From Octopus sinensis (taxonomy: Eukaryota): 64,000 bases of DNA. The notes under the pieces were generated by a model. The model saw only the letters and a program-made list of their open reading frames with translations. It searched no databases and was not told the DNA's origin. A program made the translations under genes and the position numbers. The stretch is from NCBI RefSeq assembly GCF_006345805.1, contig NC_043013.1, forward strand, positions 50,158,001 to 50,222,000, written 5' to 3'. Positions 52,050 to 63,779 of this stretch are shown here, in pieces; position 1 is the first letter of the stretch; every line of letters starts with the position of its first letter.

Positions 52050-53790
52050 CAAGTAGAAAACACATCCAAGGTAATGCCTCATGTATGACACGTAGATCCA
52101 AATACCATTTAGAAGAATTTCAAGAATAGGTATAGAGAAAATCATTCTGAAATGGTCAGGAGCAGCGATTGACCAACTGGATCTCAACCGCACTAACCTG
52201 AATGATGACAACAATGCAAGGTGCTCTCCACCCTAAAGTGAACGTACACGTAAAGGTGGATGTGGCCTGATTAGCATATGGGGGTGCATTGGCAGTGAAC
52301 AAAGAAATATAACAGAGTATTTGGTAAACAGTGAACAAGACCTGCGACAGTATGCTGCTAATACAGAAGGATTTACTAACTGTGGTGTCGGTGGAGAGGA
52401 CGACAGGTGAGGTGGGCGGAAGTAGGGCTTGCAGGGGCCGGTGGAAGACTGGAGGGCTCATGTGCGGGGGGGAAGCGGAAGCGGTCAAGCGGGACGCACG
52501 TGTGGCGATCGAGGAAGCGGGCAGTTCGAGCATAGACGAGGAAGCGACAGGACGTGTCGAATTTGTAAGAGACCTCTGATCTTTGCCGAGATAAGACCTG
52601 TTTGTATTTCTTCTCCTTCTCCTTCTGTTGTCCTTTTCATCCATCACACTACACTAACAATGGAGTTGAGAGTGGTAGTGAATTCCAATCCCGAATGGCC
52701 AATATGGGAAGGGAGAAGCAACGCTGCTCTGCATGGAATTACATGGTCAGTTCCACTATGAAATTAACAACTTAGAAGTCAGGAAACATCATGGATGTGG
52801 CTCAGCAAAAGTGACCTTAAAAAAGAAGACTGAAAACCTAATCCTCACTGCCCAGGACACCAGGTATTGAATAGCAACTCAGTGAAAAAGGATATATATA
52901 GGTGCAGGAGTGGCTGTATGGTAAGTAGCTTGCTTACCAACCACATGGTTCTGGGTTCAGTCCCACTGTGTGGCACCTTGGGCAAGTGTCTTCTACTATA
53001 GCCTCGGGCCAACCAAAGCTTTGTGAGTGGATTTGGTAGACGGAAACTGAAAGAAGCCCATCGTATATATGTATATATATGAGTGTGTGTTTGTGTGTCT
53101 GTGCTTGACAACCGATGCTGGTGTGTTTACGTCGCCGTAACTTAGCAGTTCGGCAAAAGAGACCGATAGAATAAGTACTAGGCTTACAAAGAATAAGTCC
53201 TGGGGGCGATTTCCTCGACTAAAGGCGGTGCTCCAGCATGGCCACAGTCAAATGACTGAAACAAGTAAAATAGTAAATAGTATACTACACAAGTGCAACG
53301 AACCTCTGTAGAACGTGTGGGAAGAAGGCTGAAAGCATGACCCACATTGTTAGTGCTTGTGAAAGTCTTGTGCAGAAAGAGTACAAGTGCAGATATGGCA
53401 TGACAGCCCAAAATCTTCACTGGCTGCGGTGCCAGAAGCATGGATATGAGATAATGGAATGTGTACACCAGAAACGTTAAGGGACAAAAACGGGAAGGCA
53501 AAAATCCTCTGGGATTTTGACTTCCAGGCAGACAAGATATTAGAGCACCAAAGGCTGGATATGGTAGCCTTTAAGAGGGATGAGCAAGAGTGCTTAGTAA
53601 TCGATGTTGGAGTGCCAGGAGATCAACATTTTATCGTGAAAGAAAGAAATGGTCGATAAATATTTAGAGCTGAAAACTGAGATTGGCAAGATGTGGCAGC
53701 TATGAGAGTCAAACCTTAAAGTTGTTCTTGTTGTTATCAGAGCATTGGGTTCAACACCACCAAACCTGAAGAAACATCTGCATATCATCA
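52050..53790 (+). mobile_element. R4/Dong-like RLE non-LTR retrotransposon 3' remnant, interrupted by a solo LTR and a SINE
   Basis: CRTCGKKAESMTHIVSAC (CCHC) and KILWDFDFQADKILEHQRLDMVAFKRDEQECLVIDVGVPGD (PD-D/ExK-type REL), then VVIRALG. Confidence 0.8.
52381..52653 (+). mobile_element. Solo LTR (273 bp), related family
   Basis: TGTGGTGT...ACACTACA termini with perfect 5-bp TSD CTAAC (52376-52380 / 52654-52658). Shares GCGGAAGTAGGGCT and CGCACGTGTGGC with 30607-30850. Confidence 0.85.
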
Positions 53791-54226
53791 TCATTGTTTA
53801 ACGTCCATTTTCCATGCTAGCATGGGTTGGACGGTTCAACTGGGGTCTGTGAAGCCAGAAGGCTGCACCAGGCCCAGTCTGATCTGGCAATGTTTCTTCG
53901 GCTGGATGCCCTTCCTAATGTCAACCACTCCGCGAGTGTAGTGGGTGCTTTTTACGTGCCACCTGCACAGGTGCCACACAAACACATGTACACATACACA
54001 CATGTAGGATGAGTGTGTGTGTGGGGGGGGGCATGCAGTTACACAGCCTTTAAATATAGTATGTACACAGACATTAATATCTTTAATTTCACTAATTGAT
54101 TCAAGAGTTACGAGATTTTCCACACACTAAGTATATTTCCTTAATGAACCCTAGGTTGGCAAGAACATAAACATAGAAATACATTTGTAAACAGACACCC
54201 AACCTTTAAATATGCAAGACTCTTAC

Positions 54227-54431
54227 CTTAAATGACAGGGGCACATGATATTTGAGGAACACATTCCGTTCACATCTTCTCCATGTAAGAACAAGCTGAT
54301 CACACATTTTTCACAGGCCTTCAACGTTAATGTACATTTACCATACTCTTCTAATTTATTGTGGTTGATATTGATATAACCCCAGTAGTTTCTGGATACG
54401 TAGAGTGGATTTTTATTGCAAATAGTGTAAT
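54227..54431 (-). CDS. Host gene exon (205 nt, phase 1->2): first half of CUB-like repeat 1
   Basis: Acceptor ...ttatatccatcgtAG, donor AG|GTAAGA. Open frame xYTICNKNPLYVSRNYWGYININHNKLEEYGKCTLTLKACEKCVISLFLHGEDVNGMCSSNIMCPCHL(R). Homologous by eye to exon 23197-23365 (GYI, GKCxLxLxxCxxCxI). Confidence 0.85.
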
Positions 54432-55592
54432 CTACGATGGATATAAAGCAGATAGCAATATTATAAAAACAATCTTAACCCTTATTTCAATTTATTTGTG
54501 TAGATTTACGGTGTAAACAAACAAACAAACCAACAGATCTACATACATAAATGTATATGTGATATACACATGTGTGTGTGTGTGTTGTCTTCTATCTTTT
54601 ACTTGTCTCAGTCATTAGACTGCGGTCAAGCTAGGGCACCAGCATGAAGAGTTTTCAGTCAATTGAATCAATCCTAAGACGTTTTTTTTTTAAGCCTGAT
54701 AATTATTTTGTCGATCTCTTTTGCCAAACCACTAAGTTAGAGGGATGTAAACACACCAACACTGGTTGTTAAGCAGTGACGAGGGGACCAAATATAGACA
54801 CAAGCACATACACACATAGATATATATATGTGTGGTCTTTCAGTTTCCATCTACCAAGTCTACTCACAAGGCTTCGGTCAGCTCAGTGGTATAGTAGAAG
54901 AGCCAGCACACAGCAAGCCATTCCTGCACCTAAACAACAGATCTCAGCAATGTATGTCTTATGTGCACACTGATATTTTCCCTAGTACTGATATATATAT
55001 ATATACATAAGTATATAATTAGGGTTAAGCAACAGGTTACTTAACCACATACCGAAACTTTAGAAATAGCAGCCAAAAGACTGCTTATTCCTATTTGTTA
55101 CAGATGTAGCTTTTTCTAAAAGTTCCTACTAATTATGGTTCTCTTTCCATACTGAAACTACTTGGTAATAATTATTGATTTTAAAATTAATAATTATTTA
55201 CCCTTGTGTGGTAAGTAGCTTGCTAACCAACCACATGGTTCCGGGTTCAGTCCCACTGCGTGGCATCTTGGGCAAGTGTCTTCTGCTATAGCCCTGGGCC
55301 GACCAAAGCCTTGTGAGTGGATTTGGTAGACGGAAACTGAAAGAAGCTTGTCGTATATATGTATATATATATATGTGTGTATGTGTGTGTGTGTGTGTTT
55401 GTCCCCCTAGCATTGCTTGACAACCAATGCTGGTGTGTTTACGTCCCCATCACTTAGCGGTTCGGCAAAAGAGACCGATGGAATAAGTACTGGGCTTACA
55501 AAGAATAAGTCCTGGGGTCGATTTGCTTGACTAAAGGCGGTGCTCCAGCATGGCTGCAGTCAAATGACTGAAACAAGTAAAAGAGTAAAAGA

Positions 55593-55636
<44 letters not shown>

Positions 55637-55844
55637 TCTTTTACTCTTTTACGTATGAGTGTACGAATGAGTGAGTGTGCGTGCGAATAAGTGTGCGTGC
55701 GTGAGTGAGTGCTTGTGTGCGAGTTGAAAGATAAATGGACTTGCTGTCGTCCCCAGGGGGACGATAGCCAAGATGCTTGTGACCGCGGTCAAAGATAACA
55801 AAAGTAATAAATGAAAATAATAATAAAATTAAAATAAGGGAATG

Positions 55845-56048
55845 GGTTTGTATGTGTATGTATATGTGCGTATGTGTAGGTATGTATAGGTACACATATG
55901 TATATATATGTATATATATATGTGTATGTATGGACATGTGTGTGCATGTGTGTATGTATATATGTGTGTGTATATGTGTATGTGTATGTGTGTGTATGTA
56001 TATATTTGTGTGTATATGTATGTGTGGGCGTGTGTGTATATATACATG

Positions 56049-56091
<43 letters not shown>

Positions 56092-56581
56092 GTGTATATA
56101 TATATGTATGTGTATATATGTATATGTGTGTATGTATATGTGTGTGTGTGTGTGTATATATATACATATGTGTATATGTATAAGGGAGAATCTCCTTATT
56201 TACCTAAAACTCTATTCTTCTATTTATTTTTTTATTCTTTTATTTATTCTTTTATCTAATTTACCACTGACTCCTTGACCACTCCCCTAAGTATGATATT
56301 TTTGCGCTATGCCTATCCCCAAAAAGTCCCCCACCACCACCCCTTTAAACCTGCCTAAATGTATAAATGCCAAAACTATTCTTGTTAACTAGCTTCCTGA
56401 TGATTTCTCTTGAATGAAACAGTTCTAGTCCTGTAGAAGCTCCTTCTATATAATAAATTAATTTTACTCTGCTATGTATTGAGTACCTTATTTACTGTGG
56501 TTAACCCCGAATCAACCCGGGACCTACATATATATATATATAATATATATATATATATATGTATGTATGTATTTACATATA

Positions 56582-56659
<78 letters not shown>

Positions 56660-56720
56660 ATATATGTATGTACATATGTGTGTGTGTATATATATATATG
56701 TATATATTATATATATACAC
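55845..56720. repeat. Compound (TA)/(TG) microsatellite fields
   Basis: Direct reading; similar tracts at about 8540-8700, 15330-15480 and 62360-62640. These generate most Y/I/C/V/H-rich ORFs in the track. Confidence 0.95.
56391..56441 (+). ncRNA. Type I hammerhead ribozyme motif, stem II closing pair degenerate
   Basis: AGCTTC-CTGATGA-TTTC TCTT GAAT-GAAA-CAG TTCTAGTC CTG-TA-GAAGCT. Stem I perfect 6 bp, stem III 4 bp, GUA triplet, but U-U at 10.1/11.1. Confidence 0.65.
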
Positions 56721-57071
56721 AGTAAGATAGGGGTTATGGGTGTAACCCACTATGGGATAGTATTTATCCAATCTACTGTTGGTAAAGTACCCAGATTCTT
56801 AATACATAAATGTTTTTAATTGCAATGCAATTAAATCATTTATTGTATTAAACGGGTGAAGGTAAAGAAAATTTTTTACCGTAAATTTATAACACAAATA
56901 AGAAAATTTTAGTTTGTTCATCAACTTTCGGATATTAGAATGTTGGATTATTTATTCATTCAACAAAATGAGAACCTCAATATTATACATATATATCTTA
57001 TAATTCAATACATATAAGATAAGAATACAAGTTATAAAAATCAATATAAATTATTGAAATCATTAAAATCA

Positions 57072-57213
57072 CTTCTTACAGCTGTTTCAGCCTATGGCTA
57101 AAAGTAGTTGTTTTTATTTTTATTTTTATTGCCAACAGTTGTCAACATAATGATGCTGTAGGCATTTAAAAATATGGTACTTATATATATAACCATAGGC
57201 CTCGTCAGAGGTT
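57072..57213 (-). ncRNA. Degenerate hammerhead motif with long stem II insertion
   Basis: Minus strand: CTGACGA-GGCCTATGGTTA-[about 90 nt]-TAGCCATAGGCT-GAAA-C-AGCT-G-TA. 12-bp stem II and palindromic minimal stem III; stem I has only about 2 bp. Confidence 0.55.
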
Positions 57214-57816
57214 TAATACATTAAACATGATACATGTATTATTTAATATACGTAGATATATATAAAAAACATGAACAAATATCCATATAGACATATACAT
57301 ATATACACATATACATACATTAGCAAAGTGTATGTACTTTTACAAGTGTAAAATACATAAATAAACACAATTAAACAATAGGTCTAAGTAGATATACTAT
57401 ACATCATATACATATATATACATATACTGGAACATATAAACACATCTATGCTTATGACCACATAAATAATAATCAATTATTAATATTATTATTATTATTA
57501 TTATATTATTATTATTATTATGTTTATCAATAATAACAATATTATTATATTTATAGTAATCTTCGCTTGACAATACATATAATAGATTCTAACATATCAA
57601 ATATTATGATACAAGATAAACAATCCACAATCCATACAAATATATATATATATATGTATATTGGCAGGGCAAGACTGCTAGGTAGTCGGCCGTATGCTAG
57701 AAATAGATCATCAACGATCAAACTACAAAGAAAGTTCTCTAGAGGAAAAATTCAGCGAACACCAGAACCAAATTTGGCGGGCAGGACAGATGAAAATTTA
57801 TATAAAAAACAGAATT

Positions 57817-57895
57817 AATTGCATACCTCGGTTTCGGCCTTTAACAAAAGAATTACTTACATAATTCAAATGTCCATGGCCTCATCAGTACAATT
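57817..57895 (-). ncRNA. Type I hammerhead ribozyme motif (Penelope-associated type)
   Basis: Minus strand: AATTGTA-CTGATGA-GGCC-[38 nt]-GGCC-GAAA-C-CGAG-G-TA-TGCAATT. Stem I 7 bp (one G-U), stem II 4 bp with G10.1-C11.1, minimal stem III, GUA triplet. Confidence 0.75.
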
Positions 57896-58299
57896 GTTCA
57901 GTGTAAATGCAATCTGAAAAACTAACCCCAGCTTTCTGTGCCAAAACAGACACGTGTTTAGTTTTACCGATTACATTAGGGATAAATTTCAAATGTCTTA
58001 GTTCCGGTGCGCTAAATCTGATTTTTCAGATTTTTTGTATGCTAGACTACTGGTTTTAAATTGATATTAAAATTAATATTAATTTATCTCCCTCATTATT
58101 TATATATATATATATATATATATAGAACACATACATATATATATGTATACAAATATACATGCATATAAACATACAGTTAGACTCTGGTTTTCAGTATATA
58201 GTTCGTCTTAATTCAAAAAAGTTCAAGCGTAATATCCATATGAGGATTTTTTTCTTTTCACCAAAGTTGAAGTTAAGATTATACTTATATTTGCATTTT

Positions 58300-58720
58300 G
58301 ATCCATCAAATCAATATAGCATCGTAGAATAATTCAACAAAAATTTTTTTCAAATATGATAAGAAAGTCTATATTGGGGCTACGAAGAATAATTTGAAAC
58401 AAAGACTTAATTATCACAGATATACTTTTAAAAATAGAAATAGGAGTAATTCTACAGGGTTAAGTACATATATATGGGGACTTAAGGATAAAAAAATTTT
58501 TATAATTAGCAATGGAAAATATCTATATCTGCACCAGCGTATAATAATAAAAATAGTTCATTATGCATTAATTAAATTTTCTTCATAATACAGGCTAATC
58601 TACCAATTATTAACAATTTTAAGGAACGTAATGGATTATGTCTTCATAAAATAGGATATACTTTCTCCAGATATAAAAAGTACTTATTATAAACTAACCT
58701 TTGAAATAAATGCAACTAGT
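58300..58720 (+). mobile_element. Penelope-like element remnant (GIY-YIG endonuclease)
   Basis: KVYIGATKNNLKQRLNYHRYTFKNRNRSNSTGLSTYIWGLKDK matches the Penelope endonuclease YIG...STxLSxYIWxLK pattern; frameshifted downstream. Confidence 0.8.
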
Positions 58721-59840
58721 TATAATGAGCACTTTTGCTTAAATATATTTAGGAGTAAGGAAATTGTAAAGGGTTATGGATGTATGCATCATTGTATATA
58801 TATGTATATGTGTGTAATTTATGTATATGCATATACATGTTTATATATATAGGTGTCGATATGTGTGTACATATATGCATATTTTATATGTACTTGAATG
58901 TGTTTGTATGTACATCCATATGTATATTGGTGCAACTAGTTATAATGAGTACTTTTACTGTAATATATTTAGGAGTAATGAAATTGTAAAGGGTTATGGA
59001 TATATGGACTTTTGTATATGAATTTTTCCATCTTTTCAACCTCGTTTCATCCACCTTACTATTTCAGCACAGATCATAAACCCCTCCGCTATTAGTTCTG
59101 TTCATTATTCTGTCTAGTTAAGTAACATGCCATCATGTAAATATAGTTTTCAAATAGGCTCGTCTTCCTTGCTGTTCATTGACTCATTCAGCTATCAAAG
59201 TTATCACACAGTTACTTATTTATCCCCTAAATTTTGTCTTAGACTGTCTGACGGAGAACTCCCGGATTTTTCAAGTCTATTTTACTATTATCAACATTTG
59301 CTGTCTCATTTAAACTATGCTAAGCAGACCCCTTTCTAGTTCGAGGTGCACCCGCCCTCCCACCCCTTCCACCTATACCGGAAGTTCCTATCATTCCTAT
59401 TCTTCGTCAACCCTGGGTTGCCTCCCATGAACACTTCAAAAGGCTTTATGCCATCGTCACTCCTAGTCTACGGCTATCTCCTATGTAAGGTAATGACCTA
59501 TGTAAGGTAATGACCATACAGTGCGAAATATGATAGGGTTGTGTGTGCAGGTTGAACTGAAGGCTACTGTATTGTTTGTCTTGTATGTATATGTGTGTAA
59601 TTTATGTATATGTATGTGCATGTGTTTATATATATAGGTGTTGATATGTGTGTACATATATGTATATTCTATATGTACTTGTATGTGTTTGTATGTATAT
59701 CCATATGTATATGTATATTGGTATATGTTTACATTTACAGTTAAGTATAAAGTTTTGTAAAAAATATGTGTGCATGTACATACCCACATGAATACACTAG
59801 TTTTTGGATTCGTATATGTATATGTGGATATATGTATGTA

Positions 59841-59892
<52 letters not shown>

Positions 59893-59947
59893 CATACACA
59901 CACACACATGTATGTGTAAGTTTTCAATTATTGTTTTATGTTATCAA

Positions 59948-62900
59948 CTAGTTTAAGGTGACCCGCCCTATGCAGGTGAGGGTGTGGTTGTTACTTTCTG
60001 TTTCTTATCGCCACATTCTCCCTCTTGGTTTCTCTCTCCTTTTTCTTTCACTTTCCCACTCTCTTGCTCTTCCTTTCTCTCGGACTCTCCCTCACTTTCT
60101 CTATCTTTCTCCATCTATCTCTCTCCCATTTATAAAAAATAAAAGATCTTGAGTAAGTTCAGAAAAAAAATATTTTGAAAGATCAATCATAAATATCAGG
60201 CAGTGACAACGGAAAGCACACTTGCCTTTTGTACGTGCCACTATTTGAGCGATTAAAAATTAAGGAAAAAAAAAAGGATTTCTTTGTTAAATTTAGTACT
60301 TATTTTGGGAATTTTTTGACGATTGACCATGCAAATGGAAGCTCTAAACACGGGCTACATGCAGCTGTAAATTTCTTTCAGAATAATTGAAAACTGTAAA
60401 CAATAAAAAATAAAAGGCAAAAATACGTAAAAATGAGAAATTTTTTTCAACTTCAAAAATCTTGCCTTAATTTTGAAAATTTCAAACCCATTTTCCACGC
60501 TTAAATTACAAATCTGCTTTCACTTTACCATGTTGAAAATTTGATTGAAATCGGGCAAAAGGTGTCCAATCTAGATCCCCAAGTGTCCCCAAAAATCAAT
60601 AAGATACTCGTTTTCACAGCAAAGCAACCACTGTAGCGCCCAAAAACGTCTCCCAATCAATTTCTCACCTCAAGTTACCCCTCCTATAAATTTTAATCCC
60701 CTTCCAGGCCCAGTTAGACCCTTTTTTTACATAAAAATCCAGTTTCTATCAACGTTCACCTTCTTCATTTTATAGATTAGACTAGCAGTATCGCCCGTCA
60801 TTGCTCGGGTTTGTTTCGACCCTTTAGAATTGGAATTTTTGAAAAGTAAAACTTTTGCATTATGTAGCATGTTATTCTCTTTAAGTGAACATTTTTTTTT
60901 TGTTGAAATACACCAGAAAATGGCGACACAGCAGTAAAAAAATCGTAAAAAATTAGGGATTTTCATAAAAAAAGCACCACTTTGATGTAAATAATTTTTG
61001 GTGTTAACATGGTCCGATTTGAATTTTATCATCTACGGAATGAAGAGCAAGCCTTCTTCTATCATACTGTCAATTTTGGTCAACTTGCATCACAAGGTCT
61101 TGGAGGAGATAGTGTTAGTTGAAGGCTACCAAACCTGCCACACACAGACAACTTCAGCTTTATATATATAGATTAAGAGCACTTCCCGTTCGAGTTTTGA
61201 GGCGATTCGGTCTGCAAAATAATTCTCTCATTTTGAGCTATTTTTTGACACCATTTTCAACTGAGAACTCCTTAAAAAGGCACACTCAAAACCGCTGGAA
61301 TTTGCATTTTTCATGCTAGAGAACTGAAACTTGCTCCAATCGATTCAGGAAATTTTTCTACGTATATACTCATATTTTGTTTTTTGAAAAACTCAAAAAT
61401 TAGTTTTCGCCCCATTTTTCCGTTGCATTCACGAAAACACGTGCACAGTCACGCATAGAATCCAACATGTTGCGTGAATACAACTCAAGGCAATAGTGTA
61501 TGACATCCACTCACTCGCAGAAAATGCATTGTTTCGGGCCTTTGTTATCGAGATAGAGACTTGAAACCTACTCTGGTCGTAACTACACCACGCCTTCTAT
61601 AGGTGTGGAAATTTTCAGCTCGATCCTAGCATGCCTAGTGCCATTGAATCCTTAACAAAGCCAAAGTGTGCAAGTTTTTTTCCTCTTTTATATAGGTAGA
61701 CTAGCTTAAGGTAACCCGCTCTACGCTCGGGTAAGGTTGTGGTTGTTACTTTCTGTTTCTTATCACCACATTCTCTTGTTTCTCTCTCCTTTCTCACTTT
61801 CCCAATGTCTTACTCTTCCTTTCTCTTACTATCTCTCTCCCATTTATAAATAATTAGATTTCCATGTTTAAATTACAAATCCGCTTCCACTTTACCATGT
61901 TTAAAATTTGATTGAAATCGGGCAAAAGGTGCCCGATCTAGACCCCCAAATCAATAAAATCCCAGTTTTTGCACCAAAGCAACCACTGTAGCACCCCAAA
62001 ACGTCTCGCAATCAATTTCCCACCTCAAGTTACGCCCTCCTGTAAATTTTAATCTCCTTCCAGTCCCATTTAGATCCCTTTTTACATAAAAATCCAATTT
62101 GTATCAACATTCGCCTTCTTCATTTTATAGATTAGACAGATATACCGGGCCTTGGTCGGGATTAAAATAGTTTATTATCATTTTATTTGTTTCGGCATTA
62201 TTACCCAATTTCATTCGGGTGTACGCGGGCCACATTTTAAAAGATGAGGAATTTTGCCCTAGAGGCGATGCCTTTCATTTGAGCAAACTCAATGTTGCCA
62301 TGCAAACTCGCTAGCACTTTTAACATAGGTGTGCATATTTTCAGCTGAATCCGATCACATATGCACACATTATATACATACACATTAAATATGTATATAT
62401 ATATACACGTTATATATACATGTCTACACATATTTGATTTGAAGCCGTACTTATCATTATTGGTAGATGCTACATCAGTAGCATGTCTACACATATATAT
62501 ATCTACACACATATATACAAATATATACATTTTATATATAAATATATATATATATATATATACACATATATATATATATGTTTGCACATTATATATATTT
62601 ATATATACACACACACACATATATAAATTAGCACAATATATCTGATTAATAATATCTGTTATGATTGTGCGATGGTGGTGGGCGATAAAATATCACCGTT
62701 CTAAAAGACAGGAACATTTAAACTGTTGCTACTGTCACGCTTTCTCTCTCTATAGATAGAGGCAGAAATACAGTGAGAAAGAGTGACAGAGAGACGGTGA
62801 AGCTGTGAAACATCGTTATAGAGGACAAGTTATAGAGAGAAAGTGCAGACAGACGTACAGAGAGAGAGAGAAAATGTGAGAGAAAGAGTGACAGCACTGG

Positions 62901-63550
62901 CGAAGGGGAAAAGATAGTGGAAACTTCAAACGTCGTTATAGAGAGAAAGGAGAGAGAGACGGAGGAAGACAGGCAGATAGGAGAAAGAGAGAATAAACAA
63001 ACACTTATCAAAGTGTGGGTTTGTTTGCCCTAGTAACCACAGCTTTTGAGATAGCCATTTCTAATCTAGCCCAATCACATCCTCGCCTCTTTTTACATGT
63101 CCCTGTAAATTTTGGAGTGAATCCGACCGGATCTAGTGCCATTAAACCCTTACCAAATCCAAAGTGCGCAAGTTTTTTTCCTCTTTTATATAGGTAGACT
63201 AGCAGTATCGCCCGTCGTTGCTCGGGTTTGTTTCGACCCTTTAGAATTGGAATTTTTGAAAAGTAAAACTTTTACGTTATGTAGCTTGTTATTCTCTTTA
63301 AGTGAACATTTTTCTGGTTGAAATACACCGAAAAATGGCGACACAGCAGTCAAAAAATCGTAAAAAATAGAGATTTTCATAGAAAAAAAAGCACCTTTTT
63401 GATGTAAATAATTTTTGGTGTTAACATGGTCCGATTTGAAATTTTTCTTCTACAGAAGGAAGAGCAAGCCTTCTTCTATCATACTCTCAATTTTGGTCAA
63501 CTTGCACCTCAGGGTCTTGGAGGAGTTAGTGTTAGTTGAAGACTACCAAA
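59948..63550 (-). mobile_element. Cluster of non-autonomous Helitrons of several families
   Basis: Minus-strand units 59948-60781, 60782-61172, 61701-62136 and 63199-about 63550 each show CTAG plus a CCCG...CGGG/CAGG hairpin at the 3' end; the first three also keep a TC 5' end. Further TC starts at 61700 and 63198. Confidence 0.75.
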
Positions 63551-63741
63551 CCAAAGTGTCAAGTTTTTTTCCTCTTTTATATTTTTGGATTCGTATACGT
63601 ATATGTGGATATATGTATGTATACTTATGTATATATATATATGTACATGTATGTGTATGTTTTCAATTATTGTTTTATGTTATTAATTATGTATATTAGA
63701 TCCTATAGATGGATCACCTTGTATATTTGTGTATGTGATGG

Positions 63742-63779
<38 letters not shown>

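Noticed and set aside
55641-55937. LILILLLFSFITFVIF as the missing signal peptide with a GC donor
   Set aside because: The hydrophobicity comes from a T-rich tract, the start lies in a microsatellite, and the GC donor context is poor.
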